Source of the DNA: Marsupella aquatica
Taxonomy: Eukaryota > Plantae > Marchantiophyta
NCBI GenBank assembly: GCA_973895155.1
Contig: OZ316894.1
Coordinates: forward strand, 6,120,368 to 6,184,367
DNA: 64,000 bases
Reading direction: 5' to 3'
A program made the translations under genes and the position numbers. Positions 63,861-64,000 of the stretch are shown here, piece after piece (position 1 is the stretch's first letter; every line of letters starts with the position of its first letter). The notes under the pieces are model-generated. The model worked only from the letters and a program-made list of their open reading frames with translations, was not told the DNA's origin and did not search any database.

Positions 63861-64000
63861 CTGCGAAAACAAAAACAGTACTGGAGTGATCATTTGTTCA
63901 TCAGAACACTCTCAAACGAACACAAACGAATTACGACCTCCATGCGTCCCAAAATCTGCCCCTACATGCGAAAGTGTCTCTCTAAAGGGTGCAATGAGTA

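Overview
This is eukaryotic, intron-rich nuclear DNA from a land plant. The TTLL6/13-type tubulin glutamylase suggests a lineage with flagellated sperm. The long GA-rich 5' leaders and intron style suggest a bryophyte, perhaps a liverwort, but that is inference. Genes from left to right: the last exon of a TTLL polyglutamylase (+), an intronless clavaminate-synthase/AsnO/VioC-type Fe(II)/2OG dioxygenase with a plastid-transit-like N-terminus (+), a germin-like protein (-), an EEF1AKMT4-like methyltransferase (-), ceramide kinase (-), VAC14 (+), SCAR/WAVE (+) and the 3' part of HDR/IspH (-). A TE-rich block of about 17 kb lies between CERK and VAC14. It holds a LINE relic, a defective Ty1/copia Bianca-lineage element with both ends intact (109-bp LTRs, TCTAA TSD, half-tRNA-Ile PBS) and a decayed ORF that resembles fungal telomere-linked-helicase/DUF3505 proteins. 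The most interesting feature is the bacterial-type dioxygenase, a candidate horizontally acquired, plastid-targeted enzyme with an altered HxD metal motif. Family assignments come from motif recognition by eye; no database searches were run.
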